The translations under genes and the position numbers were made by a program. Positions 19,447-30,456 of a stretch of DNA of 64,000 nt are shown piece by piece. The DNA is from a virus, in IMG/VR virus record IMGVR_UViG_3300030061_003198. One strand, written 5' to 3'. Numbering within the stretch: the first letter of the stretch is position 1; each line of letters starts with the position of its first letter. Under the pieces are notes generated by a model that saw only the letters and a program-made list of their open reading frames with translations, was not told where the DNA came from and did no database searches.

Positions 19447-19989
19447 TTATATACTTTTTATTTTTATTTTTATATCATGGGGAGCTGTTTCAGTTCCGCC
19501 AAAATACGGCCATGTATAATATTTAGAATTGTTAGATCTGGAACATGGTCTATTAATAAATATTTGAGTGTTGTCTATTACAATTTTATATTCTGCATCT
19601 GTGAATTGTATACTACAATTAATTATGGTATTTAAATCTACACATTTAATTTTATCAAATTCAAAATTACCATCATGTTTAAACCAATGTAGTTCCAAAC
19701 TATCATTTAACCAGCGCCAACCAATTCGAATTGATGACTCGGTATGAAAATCGCCACAATCGCTTAGGCCATATAATTTATTAATATCAAATTGATTTAT
19801 AGGATCTGTGGTTGTATATATAGCAGATGAATCAAATATTACTTGAAAATTTAAACAATTTGATCTAGTAAATTTCATTCCATAGTTTGATTTATGATTT
19901 CCTTGCTTAATGGTATATGTTTTAAACCCATTTTCATCGATTTTCTTACATCCAACAAGTATTAGAAATAATATGATATAATTTTTCAT
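19447..19989 (-). CDS. Putative lipoprotein with beta-sandwich domain
   Basis: Signal peptide with lipobox LVG-C. Confidence 0.55.
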   Translation of the reverse strand: MKNYIILFLILVGCKKIDENGFKTYTIKQGNHKSNYGMKFTRSNCLNFQVIFDSSAIYTTTDPINQFDINKLYGLSDCGDFHTESSIRIGWRWLNDSLELHWFKHDGNFEFDKIKCVDLNTIINCSIQFTDAEYKIVIDNTQIFINRPCSRSNNSKYYTWPYFGGTETAPHDIKIKIKSI

Positions 19990-20000
19990 TTAACCAAAAT

Positions 20001-20300
20001 TTAGTTTGACACCATTGATATTTCCATTTCTCTTACTAGAATATAGTCAATGTTATCAAATTTTACTTTTTTCTGTGTACCTAAATTATTTTTACTAATT
20101 AATACAACGTCATCTTTTGAGACTGACATTGGTATTCTATTTCCTGTTTGTGTAAATAATCCAGGTCCAACTGCGATTACATCGGCATATACAAATTCTT
20201 CGTCATACCCAGCATCTACTAATATAATTCCAGATTCTGTTTTATCAGATTTTTCTTGTTCTCGGATCAATACTTGATCTCCCATTGGTTGCATTTTCAT
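20001..20300 (-). CDS. groES: Co-chaperonin GroES
   Basis: PMGDQVLI, KTESGIIL and VIAVGPG. Confidence 0.9.
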   Translation of the reverse strand: MKMQPMGDQVLIREQEKSDKTESGIILVDAGYDEEFVYADVIAVGPGLFTQTGNRIPMSVSKDDVVLISKNNLGTQKKVKFDNIDYILVREMEISMVSN

Positions 20301-20309
20301 AACTTTTCC

Positions 20310-20441
20310 TTATTTTGTGTTTTCTAATATATTTCGTAATTTATCTATCATTTCCTGAACTTCATCAGGATCCATTGTTATTGCACAACAAATATTAACA
20401 TTTTCTTCTATCTCATTTAATAGTTCTAATGCTTCATCCAT
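20310..20441 (-). CDS. 43-aa acidic hypothetical protein
   Basis: Not in the track: MDEALELLNEIEENVNICCAITMDPDEVQEMIDKLRNILENTK; TAATG overlap with queE. Confidence 0.55.
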   Translation of the reverse strand: MDEALELLNEIEENVNICCAITMDPDEVQEMIDKLRNILENTK

Positions 20442-21226
20442 TATACTCCTCTTTCAGTGTCATATGCTATAATATGATCTCTTCCTGTCATATTATAGCC
20501 ATGTTCTGCTACCATTTCAAATACTATAGGATACATCTCCATTAATGTTTTTCTAGTATCTCCAGCCGGCATTACATAAGTTTTATGTTTAGGAATATCC
20601 ATTTCAATTCTAAATTCTTCTATTTCTTTTAGATTCTTTTCAGTGCCATCCCATACAGGTTTAAAATGATAATCTTTATGATAATCTAATGTCTTACGCA
20701 TTGCATCTTTATTCATTCTTAATCTATTATGAACTTTAATCATTCGTTCATCTGTAACTGATCCATTAGGAGTTATTGCACCTAAGACAGGAACTGAATT
20801 AGAAAATTTAGGAGATAAAGATATTAAGTCAATTGGATAATCAGTTTCGAGAAAATGACTTCCTTCTGTTTCAATAGTAACTAATATTCCCCTTTCGTTT
20901 GCAAAGTGCATAATTTCATTTACTAATGCTGGATGCATTGTTGGTGATCCACCAGTTAACATCATTTCTTTTACATGAGGATTTTCATCATATATTTTAA
21001 TAATATCATTAAATGTAAATGTACCTTTTTCTGGATGAATACTTGTATACCAACTATCACACCAACCACCTTCTCCAAAGTAGCATCTATGTGTACATCC
21101 TGTTGTTCTAACTGCTATTGTGGGTCTTCCAAATCTTGACCCTTCTGATTGAACACATCTATATATTTCTAATACAGGAATTGTTTTATTATAATCTTTA
21201 AGTCTTTTTAATTTTTTATTCACCAT
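20441..21226 (-). CDS. queE: 7-carboxy-7-deazaguanine synthase (radical SAM)
   Basis: QSEG...G, CTHRC....CDS, LTGGSP, IETEG and SLSPK; next to queD; exact start uncertain (21226 or 21238). Confidence 0.9.
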   Translation of the reverse strand: MVNKKLKRLKDYNKTIPVLEIYRCVQSEGSRFGRPTIAVRTTGCTHRCYFGEGGWCDSWYTSIHPEKGTFTFNDIIKIYDENPHVKEMMLTGGSPTMHPALVNEIMHFANERGILVTIETEGSHFLETDYPIDLISLSPKFSNSVPVLGAITPNGSVTDERMIKVHNRLRMNKDAMRKTLDYHKDYHFKPVWDGTEKNLKEIEEFRIEMDIPKHKTYVMPAGDTRKTLMEMYPIVFEMVAEHGYNMTGRDHIIAYDTERGV

Positions 21227-21680
21227 AATATGCTGCATTTTTACCGTGCTCCATGAACTTAACTTTTGTAACTCTTACTCTGTTATCTGTTTCTGTTTTA
21301 ACAAAGTCATTTAACTTGTTATAAATATATTCAGCAAACTTTTCGGCGCCTGTTGCTTCGATCCATCTCAATTGTATAATACCTCTTTCATTCATTTCTT
21401 CTAAAACATCAACTGCAGGATCGTCTTTTGCTGCTACTACAGTATGGTCAAACATATAATCCATCCAAGCTTTAGGTTGCATTCCATCTATAAGAGTTTT
21501 AGCTCTTTTCATTCCTCCAAAGTCCCAAACCCAATTTCTGTGGTCTAATTCACCTTCAAAATATACTTTAAATGATATTCCATACCCATGTAAAAATCTA
21601 CAATGTGTATTTTCTGCTTTCCATTGACGAAACACTGTACTAAATCCGTCAAAAACTTTACTTGATTGATGTTTTCCCAT
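21216..21680 (-). CDS. queD: 6-carboxytetrahydropterin synthase
   Basis: HCRFLHGY, WVWDFG, FDH and AE motifs. Confidence 0.9.
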   Translation of the reverse strand: MGKHQSSKVFDGFSTVFRQWKAENTHCRFLHGYGISFKVYFEGELDHRNWVWDFGGMKRAKTLIDGMQPKAWMDYMFDHTVVAAKDDPAVDVLEEMNERGIIQLRWIEATGAEKFAEYIYNKLNDFVKTETDNRVRVTKVKFMEHGKNAAYYGE

Positions 21681-21835
21681 TATACTAATTCTTCTAAAAT
21701 TCCTATTCCTTCGCTTATTACTAAAGTTACTGCGGCTATTACCATATCAAATGGTAACATACAATATCCTAATATTCGAACAAATGATTTAATAAAACTT
21801 ACTATTTGGTGCTTTTTTGCGTCTGGATACTTCAT
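21680..21835 (-). CDS. 51-aa membrane protein
   Basis: Not in the track: MKYPDAKKHQIVSFIKSFVRILGYCMLPFDMVIAAVTLVISEGIGILEELV; TAATG overlap with queD. Confidence 0.55.
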   Translation of the reverse strand: MKYPDAKKHQIVSFIKSFVRILGYCMLPFDMVIAAVTLVISEGIGILEELV

Positions 21836-21836
21836 G

Positions 21837-22856
21837 TTATGATATATGTATTAAGCTTGACCATAATTCATGCGGAATATCACTAGAAAATTTGCTATTA
21901 GGTGCTAATATTACTGATACTGCGTCATGTGAGTGTAGCGATTCTTGATGTGAGCAAATAACTCTAAAATCTTTAATTCTTTTATCCTCAATTAATTGTT
22001 CATACAATAATCTAGCTGCATCTTCAACAAATTTTAAATATGATCCATTTAATTCAGCAAATGCCATTTCATCTTCACGTTTAACAACAACTTGAGTTTC
22101 AGTACGTAAAGCTTTTTCACAAATTTCTTGTAGATCTTCAATCCATACTAATTCATCAAACTCTACTGATATTCTTGCAACAGATCTTTGTGAATGTGAT
22201 ACTGTAGCTTTATTCCTATATTTTCTAGCATATTCTGCTAATTCATATGAACAAGGACATGCAGATGAATATACAAAGTCAAAGTGAAGTATCTTTTTAA
22301 AAGTTCCTTTGTCGTCAATATTGCCTTCTAATGTTACATTATAATATTGATATCCAGCATTATCAGATCTTAATGATGGTTGTAATATTGGATATGAAAA
22401 ATGTAATCCAATCTTAGCATCAAATGATTCTAAATCATCTTTATACTTTAATAAAATAGTATCTAATTCTCCGAAGACATAATCATCTTTAAACTTATAA
22501 AATGATCGCATAATACGAGACATGTTAATACCTTTTTTATGTGCTGCTAAAGAAACATTTCCAGTTACTTTAGTTTCTAATTCAATATCACCGCCATCAC
22601 GCTTTTTATATTTTAAAGGAAGACGAAAATTATGAATACCAACTTGTTGAATAGCTACAGGAGCTCCTTGTATTAAAGAAGAAGGGCCATTTTGTAAATC
22701 TGGAAATGTTTCTATATCATTTTTAGTTGGTTTATAGTCTGAATCATAATCTCGTTCAGGTTCATGATAATTTACTGAATGTTTATTTTCTTCTGCTATT
22801 TTATGAGATTCGACATCATCGAACCACTCATATTTAGTATTATTTTTTTCTGCCAT
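21837..22856 (-). CDS. folE2: GTP cyclohydrolase IB
   Basis: PDLQ, KGINMSR, SACPCS, HSQRS, KREDE, FVEDAAR and ESLHSHDA. Confidence 0.93.
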   Translation of the reverse strand: MAEKNNTKYEWFDDVESHKIAEENKHSVNYHEPERDYDSDYKPTKNDIETFPDLQNGPSSLIQGAPVAIQQVGIHNFRLPLKYKKRDGGDIELETKVTGNVSLAAHKKGINMSRIMRSFYKFKDDYVFGELDTILLKYKDDLESFDAKIGLHFSYPILQPSLRSDNAGYQYYNVTLEGNIDDKGTFKKILHFDFVYSSACPCSYELAEYARKYRNKATVSHSQRSVARISVEFDELVWIEDLQEICEKALRTETQVVVKREDEMAFAELNGSYLKFVEDAARLLYEQLIEDKRIKDFRVICSHQESLHSHDAVSVILAPNSKFSSDIPHELWSSLIHIS

Positions 22857-22857
22857 A

Positions 22858-23172
22858 TTATTTACTATCATGTTTTAATTTTAAGCTACTTAATAATTCG
22901 GATACTGATTTAACAGTTTCTAAATTAATTGTTAACCATTTTTTATATTTTTTTTGTTGTATAATCAATTGACTACATTTTTCATATTCTTCAAGATGTT
23001 CTCCTACTGAGATTAAATATGATAAAAATTCATCTAGGTTTTTATTATAATCGAGTAAAACAGCGTCATTGAGCATATGTAGCTCTATACCATCTTTATC
23101 TGACAATGTATTTACACATTTGTAAAACATATTTCGGTCAACTTTATTTGGATCTAAAAAACTAAAACTCAT
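22858..23172 (-). CDS. Hypothetical protein
   Basis: ORF with an upstream promoter; EEYEKC resembles a UVR-type motif. Confidence 0.55.
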   Translation of the reverse strand: MSFSFLDPNKVDRNMFYKCVNTLSDKDGIELHMLNDAVLLDYNKNLDEFLSYLISVGEHLEEYEKCSQLIIQQKKYKKWLTINLETVKSVSELLSSLKLKHDSK

Positions 23173-23183
23173 TCTTTTATTTT

Positions 23184-24836
<1,653 letters not shown>

Positions 24837-24838
24837 TT

Positions 24839-24867
24839 ATTATAATAAATTTTTATTAAATATCCAA
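24839..24867 (-). promoter_or_regulatory. Early/middle promoter TTGGAT-N17-TATAAT
   Basis: Consensus match upstream of groEL. Confidence 0.65.
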
Positions 24868-24905
24868 ACCATAATATAATCTTGTTATCCAATCATCTGC
24901 TCTCA

Positions 24906-26765
24906 TTATTGTATCTCACAAGCTCCACCAGCACAAGCTAATTCTCCTGATAAATCGGTATTATCATCTAGTTCAATAATATTTGAAACATCTACTTCTT
25001 TTAACGTTTCCATTAATCTATTATATGTTTCTTCTGAACAATCTTCGAATGGTGCTTGAGTATAACTACCGCCATCATAATTTAATACTGATAACCCGTT
25101 ATAATGTTTTCTGTTATCCCACATCCATTCGCCAGCATCTTTCCATTCTGTATCTTTCAAGCTGACAGTTGCAGACACGTTGTGAGTGTTACTACCATTA
25201 CGATGACCTGGGGCTACCCATTCCATGGCTACTTTTTTAATTCTTTCTAATAATTGAAAAGGAGACTCTGTTCTCATTATAGCTCCATCTGGTGCTTTTT
25301 GTGGTACACTAATTACTGCAGTGTCATGGGGTCTAAAATACTCATCTTCTACTAATTCAGGGTGGTTTTCAACTAAATACTTATATATTGATTCATTTTT
25401 ACCAACTCTAACTCTTCTAATATAAAAATCATTATGCCATGCATGAATACCAGACGATGTTCCCAATGCTAAAGATGTAGTTCCAGCTGGTTTAACGGTT
25501 GTACAACGTGCTGCTCGGTTAATACCAATTAATTTAGCTACTCTTGTATTTTCTCGCTTAACAACATCGGCTCCTTTTTTCATATCATAGCCTAATACTG
25601 TTCCTGATCCTATACCGGTCATTGATACTCCAATTAACGCATCTTTTTCTGTAGTTTCTCTCCATACATCTCTTAAATAATGAAAGTCGGTATATCCTGC
25701 TTGTAATGTTCCTATAAATGCAGCTCCTTTTACTCTAGCATTAAAATCTTCTTGTGATTCTAAGTCAGATGCATTTACTTCACATAAGTTGCAAAATTGA
25801 TATGGTCTTAATGCTATTTCGCAACAAGGATTAGTACCCCAATCTTTATCATTATTAAAATATATACCTGGTTCTCCAGCTCCTGATAATTCAACTCGTT
25901 TCCATAGATCCATAAAAAATGATTTAGTAATTTTATGTCTCATTAATACTGCAGAGTTATTTGATCTACCTCTTTGGGGATCTGTTTCCCACCAGTTACC
26001 AGCTTTACATCCAATCATTTGATCATCATCTGCACTAAATAAACTAATTAATGCTGCTCTCCTAATTCCTCCGGCTAAAACTGCGTCTGCAATATGACAA
26101 ACTATATCATGTACTTCTAACGTTGATAGCTTATCGCCGTCTTCTCTAGCATCTAATATACCTGTTACTTTTAGAATGCATTCTTTTAATGGTTGTGGGC
26201 CTGGAGCTTTCCCTCCTGATGTTACTAATTGAGCTCCTTTGGGTCTAACGTCAGAATAATCAAATTCTATTCGTGAGCTTTTACCATTTAAATATGATTT
26301 CATTAACACTTTGATAGCGTCTGCCCAACCTTCAATTGAATCGCCTATTAAAAATCTACGTTTTCTTTTAGCGTAAGGTTTGTTAACAGGTGGTAATTTA
26401 GCTACATGATGTTTTTGTACTGAATAACCTACTCCGGTACCGCCTAATAATAAGAACATTATCTCACTAAATGAGTCAATATGATCTAATGGTAAATAAG
26501 CACAATTATACACCCGATTAGGTGATATTTCAATTGGTTTGCCGCCAAATTGTAATGATCTCATTGATGGCAATATTTTTTTATTATAAACCATTTTATA
26601 AACATCTTCAATTTCATCTTTTAAGTTTGGGTACCTTTTAATATGCATATTTTTGTTTCGTGTAACGAGCTCGTCCCATGTTTCTCTCCTATTAAATTCT
26701 GGGATGTATTTGGCATATTTCATATGCACTGTTATATCTGATAAAATTTTGTTTGAAATGTTCAT
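24906..26765 (-). CDS. nrdJ: Class II (adenosylcobalamin) ribonucleotide reductase, monomeric type
   Basis: PSMR, NCA, GTNPCCEI, TVKPAGT and C-terminal CAGGAC; start moved to MNISNK after an AAGGAG RBS. Confidence 0.9.
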   Translation of the reverse strand: MNISNKILSDITVHMKYAKYIPEFNRRETWDELVTRNKNMHIKRYPNLKDEIEDVYKMVYNKKILPSMRSLQFGGKPIEISPNRVYNCAYLPLDHIDSFSEIMFLLLGGTGVGYSVQKHHVAKLPPVNKPYAKRKRRFLIGDSIEGWADAIKVLMKSYLNGKSSRIEFDYSDVRPKGAQLVTSGGKAPGPQPLKECILKVTGILDAREDGDKLSTLEVHDIVCHIADAVLAGGIRRAALISLFSADDDQMIGCKAGNWWETDPQRGRSNNSAVLMRHKITKSFFMDLWKRVELSGAGEPGIYFNNDKDWGTNPCCEIALRPYQFCNLCEVNASDLESQEDFNARVKGAAFIGTLQAGYTDFHYLRDVWRETTEKDALIGVSMTGIGSGTVLGYDMKKGADVVKRENTRVAKLIGINRAARCTTVKPAGTTSLALGTSSGIHAWHNDFYIRRVRVGKNESIYKYLVENHPELVEDEYFRPHDTAVISVPQKAPDGAIMRTESPFQLLERIKKVAMEWVAPGHRNGSNTHNVSATVSLKDTEWKDAGEWMWDNRKHYNGLSVLNYDGGSYTQAPFEDCSEETYNRLMETLKEVDVSNIIELDDNTDLSGELACAGGACEIQ

Positions 26766-26793
26766 ATATATGACTCCTTTTTTTATTTTAGAC

Positions 26794-26823
26794 AAAAATA
26801 GGCCTCCATTTGAAAGGCCTATT
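26794..26823 (-). terminator. Stem-loop followed by T-run
   Basis: AATAGGCCT...AGGCCTATT inverted repeat, then TTTT on the minus strand. Confidence 0.6.
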
Positions 26824-26833
26824 ATTAATTTAT

Positions 26834-26842
26834 TATAAATAT
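26834..26842 (-). promoter_or_regulatory. Putative late promoter ATATTTATA
   Basis: Exact motif copy in an intergenic gap. Confidence 0.45.
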
Positions 26843-26847
26843 GATTA

Positions 26848-28203
26848 CTACCCTAAACTTCCGCCTAGATCTTTAAACTTTTGTGCTAAATTTTTCTTAA
26901 CTAATGTTTCGCCTGTCTTCATTGTTTGAGTTGTTTGTCTACCTTGAGTAGTCTGCGGTTCAAAGAAATTAAACTGACCGTTATTTGTATTTATTTTACT
27001 TGGTAATGTAATACCATCTGGACCAAATCTGTTTTTAATAACATGACCTCTACCTGTTCCTGATAACTTATCTTCTACTTTTCTAGACAATGACATTAAA
27101 AAGTCAGCTACCATTACTTTACCATATGAAGAAGCAATTTTATCAGCTTCTATAATATCATCTTCCAATGCAGACCTACCTGCTTGAGATGCTGTCCAAA
27201 CTGGAATATTATATTCGCCTGCCATGCCTCTCATTTCTTCATATAATTCTTCTAATGCTTCATGCTTATCTTTTTTAGTATTAACCTTTAAAAGATCGCC
27301 ATAATCTACTACAATTAAATCTGGAGTATTTCCTAGCATTATAGTTTTTTCAATATGAGCTTTAATACCCATTACACCTGTAGATTTTGTTGGATAATAT
27401 TTTATAATCAACTCACCTGGAAGTGTTTCTAATTTTTCTTCTATATCGTCTGTGTGATGTTTTAAGTTTTGAGCTGCAATACCAGTTACTACACTATCAT
27501 ATCGTTGACCTACATAATTATCGTTTAATTCTAACGTATAATGTATAACTGTTTTTCCTTGCTTTACAGCATTAGCTCCAATATTAATAAGCATCCATGA
27601 TTTACCAATTCCTGCAGGAGCCATTACTACGCCTAATTCGCCGGGAGCTAATCCGCCATCCATTAAATCGTCAATTACATCCCATCCAGTGCTTATAGTA
27701 TGCCTAGCTGATTCGGTATATCTTGCTACAACATCTTTTTTATATTCATGGCCAATATCTGTGTCAGCTCCAGCTTTCATTGCAGAATCCATTTTGCTTT
27801 TTATTTCATCATAACTACCTAATTTTAGTAGTCCAACTGAATCCATAATAGCTCGCTTAATTTCTTGATTCTTACAAAATTTTAGTATTTCATTTTTTAC
27901 AAAGTCTAAATCATCTGACTCCATATATCGAAATACATCTTTTAATTGTTCTAAAATTGCTGCTTTAAGAATATCATTGTCTATTTCAGTAACTTTAACT
28001 TTTAAAACGTCTTTTGAAGGGGGCGTTTTATATTCTCGAAAATGTTCTATTAATATATCTAATAACCAACTATTAGCATCAGATTCAAAATAATCTGATT
28101 GAATAATATCAGCAATCTGTTGAAGAAATGTTCTATCCACAAACATAGCTGCCAAAACTTTAACCTGAAAAGACCATCCATACTCACTTAACTTATCTGT
28201 CAT
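26848..28203 (-). CDS. Replicative DnaB-like helicase (T4 gp41-like)
   Basis: APAGIGKS Walker A, TLE, VDYGD, TASQ and KNRFG. Confidence 0.93.
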   Translation of the reverse strand: MTDKLSEYGWSFQVKVLAAMFVDRTFLQQIADIIQSDYFESDANSWLLDILIEHFREYKTPPSKDVLKVKVTEIDNDILKAAILEQLKDVFRYMESDDLDFVKNEILKFCKNQEIKRAIMDSVGLLKLGSYDEIKSKMDSAMKAGADTDIGHEYKKDVVARYTESARHTISTGWDVIDDLMDGGLAPGELGVVMAPAGIGKSWMLINIGANAVKQGKTVIHYTLELNDNYVGQRYDSVVTGIAAQNLKHHTDDIEEKLETLPGELIIKYYPTKSTGVMGIKAHIEKTIMLGNTPDLIVVDYGDLLKVNTKKDKHEALEELYEEMRGMAGEYNIPVWTASQAGRSALEDDIIEADKIASSYGKVMVADFLMSLSRKVEDKLSGTGRGHVIKNRFGPDGITLPSKINTNNGQFNFFEPQTTQGRQTTQTMKTGETLVKKNLAQKFKDLGGSLG

Positions 28204-28208
28204 AAACT

Positions 28209-28237
28209 ATTATATAAAAAATAAATATTAAATCCAA
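28209..28237 (-). promoter_or_regulatory. Early/middle promoter TTGGAT-N17-TATAAT
   Basis: Consensus match upstream of the helicase. Confidence 0.6.
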
Positions 28238-28238
28238 T

Positions 28239-29288
28239 TTATTTTGTTTTTTGTGCGAAGGCACTCAATGATAACCATGTATTGTTTAACCAATCAGGCA
28301 TATTTTTCATAACGGACCACATCTTATCTTCCATAAATAGTTTTCTAAATTCTACTTTATTTAATTCAGATACAGTCGATTCCATTATTTTTCTAATATT
28401 ACTTTTTGTTTGTGCTGGAATATCTAATAGTTTTAGATTCATTAGTTTCCAATTGTCAGATATTATATTTTCATTATCTAATATCTTTTTATATGTTTTA
28501 GATTCATCAATGTTTTTGTTACATGTTTCCCAAAGATTATCTAATTTATATTCTTGTTCTTGATTCAAATTAGGAACATGTTTTAATAATGTCTTTGGCC
28601 CTATACCCATTACACCAGGAATATTATCTGACTTATCTCCTGTAAATGCTCTATATAATACATAGTTTTTAGGGTGTACTTGAAATTCATCTAATAATTT
28701 TTCTGTATCATACAATTTCTTTTTAATAGGTGACCAAATTTGAATTTTATCATTAATTAATTGATAAAAGTCTCTGTCAGTTGATACAATTGTTATTTTT
28801 TTACTTTTAGCTTCATACATTTCAGTAATATATGCAATAGTATCATCTGCTTCAATTCCATCCATTGATAAAAAGGTAACTGGTAATGCATCTAAATATG
28901 AAACTAATCTGCTGAATTGATGTCGCATAGCTTCTTGCTCATGCTCAATACTAGGCATATGATGATCATGTCTTCGTAACCTTGTTTTATTAACACGATT
29001 ACCTTTATAATCTTTGTAAATCTTTTTTCTTCGCTTAGATCCACCTACACCATCAAAAACAATAATACACCTAGATGGTTTAAAATCTCTAACACATTTT
29101 CCAATGCTATATAAAAATCCAGTAATGCCTCCTATATGTTCTCCATCTTCATTGGTAGATGGCGTTGCAGAAAAACTTCTAATAAAAGTATTCAGGCCGT
29201 CAAAAATCATTAAATGATCGTCAGGCCCTTGTGGAATACTTTCTTTTTCAATTTGAAGTTGCTTAAATAATTCTTGATATTTATTCAT
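28239..29288 (-). CDS. 5'-3' exonuclease / flap endonuclease (T4 RNase H-like)
   Basis: DG.N, VFDG, YKGNR, EADD, STDRD and GDKSDNIPGV.GIGPKT. Confidence 0.93.
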   Translation of the reverse strand: MNKYQELFKQLQIEKESIPQGPDDHLMIFDGLNTFIRSFSATPSTNEDGEHIGGITGFLYSIGKCVRDFKPSRCIIVFDGVGGSKRRKKIYKDYKGNRVNKTRLRRHDHHMPSIEHEQEAMRHQFSRLVSYLDALPVTFLSMDGIEADDTIAYITEMYEAKSKKITIVSTDRDFYQLINDKIQIWSPIKKKLYDTEKLLDEFQVHPKNYVLYRAFTGDKSDNIPGVMGIGPKTLLKHVPNLNQEQEYKLDNLWETCNKNIDESKTYKKILDNENIISDNWKLMNLKLLDIPAQTKSNIRKIMESTVSELNKVEFRKLFMEDKMWSVMKNMPDWLNNTWLSLSAFAQKTK

Positions 29289-30445
29289 TATCCTTCTTCG
29301 TTTATAACTTCTTCATCAACTACTACATCATCAATACCGCCATCTACACCAGCACGATATTTAAAAATATATGCTTCGCAAATTCGATTGTACAATCTGT
29401 CTTTCATTTCTGTGTTTTCTATTACTTTTTCTATAAAATCTTTACTTTGAAATTTAACTGTACTTAGAACTTCTCCCGTGTCTGGATCAACATCGTCTAA
29501 TGAATACCAAGCTCCTGATTGTGAAACTAATTTAAAATTTTTCATGATATTTAACCAACCACCATAGTTGTCAATTCCACTATCATAATATATTTCATAA
29601 TCAATTTTTCTATTAGGAGGACCCATTCTATTCTTTACAACATGTACATTGGTTTTATTTCCAACAACCTGATCAGCTCCATTTACTCTAGCTTTAATCA
29701 TTCCGGTATTTTTCAAACGAAGTCTAACTGATGAGTGAAATGGTAAAGCTTTTCCTCCTGCTGTTGTCCATGGGTCTCCAAACGATACGCCTAATTTAGT
29801 TCTTAACTGATTAGTGAATATTAAACATATTCTTTCTCTAGCTATCCAATTGGTAACTTTTCTCATAGCTTTACTTAATATAATAGATTTAGAAGTTGCA
29901 TATCCATCCTTATCATATTCCATAGCCATTTCAATTTTAGTAGATGCACCCATGACTGAGTCGACTACTATAGTTACTAATCTATCTTTGTCAGACTTTC
30001 TAACATTTTCAACAATAGTCTCAATAGTTTCAAATATTTCTTCGATTGTTTCTAATGGAACATATAGCATAGTTTTTAAATCTACACCAATTGCCGTTAA
30101 AAATTCTGCGCTACTTGCTGATTCTGTATCGATATATACTGCTAATCCGCCTCGCTTTTGTGTCTCTGCTAAGGTATGAGCTGCTAACAAGGATTTACCC
30201 GAAGCCTCAAGTCCTGTTATTTCAGTAATTCTACCAACAGGAAAACCTCCATTTGGACGATTTGAAATAGCTAAATCTAACATTGAACATCCGGTAGATA
30301 TCCATTCATTAACATTTGTCGGAGCATCGGCATCTCCATCTAAGAAGAATGCCGATTTATAATTTTGCCCTTTAAATTGTTTATTAATGCTATCTGCAAG
30401 AGTTGAAGCTAATGAATCTTCCAGTTCGCTCTTTTTCTTTGCCAT
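29288..30445 (-). CDS. recA: RecA/UvsX recombinase
   Basis: ISTG, GRITEITGLEASGKS, IDTE, DSV, NQLR and GGKALPF. Confidence 0.93.
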   Translation of the reverse strand: MAKKKSELEDSLASTLADSINKQFKGQNYKSAFFLDGDADAPTNVNEWISTGCSMLDLAISNRPNGGFPVGRITEITGLEASGKSLLAAHTLAETQKRGGLAVYIDTESASSAEFLTAIGVDLKTMLYVPLETIEEIFETIETIVENVRKSDKDRLVTIVVDSVMGASTKIEMAMEYDKDGYATSKSIILSKAMRKVTNWIARERICLIFTNQLRTKLGVSFGDPWTTAGGKALPFHSSVRLRLKNTGMIKARVNGADQVVGNKTNVHVVKNRMGPPNRKIDYEIYYDSGIDNYGGWLNIMKNFKLVSQSGAWYSLDDVDPDTGEVLSTVKFQSKDFIEKVIENTEMKDRLYNRICEAYIFKYRAGVDGGIDDVVVDEEVINEEG

Positions 30446-30456
30446 AATAAACTTTC

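Noticed and set aside
24869-24892. Second TTGGAT upstream of groEL (24887-24892)
   Set aside because: No -10 box at 17-nt spacing.
26766-26847. Cobalamin riboswitch upstream of nrdJ
   Set aside because: The interval is only about 80 nt, AT-rich, and shows no B12-box.
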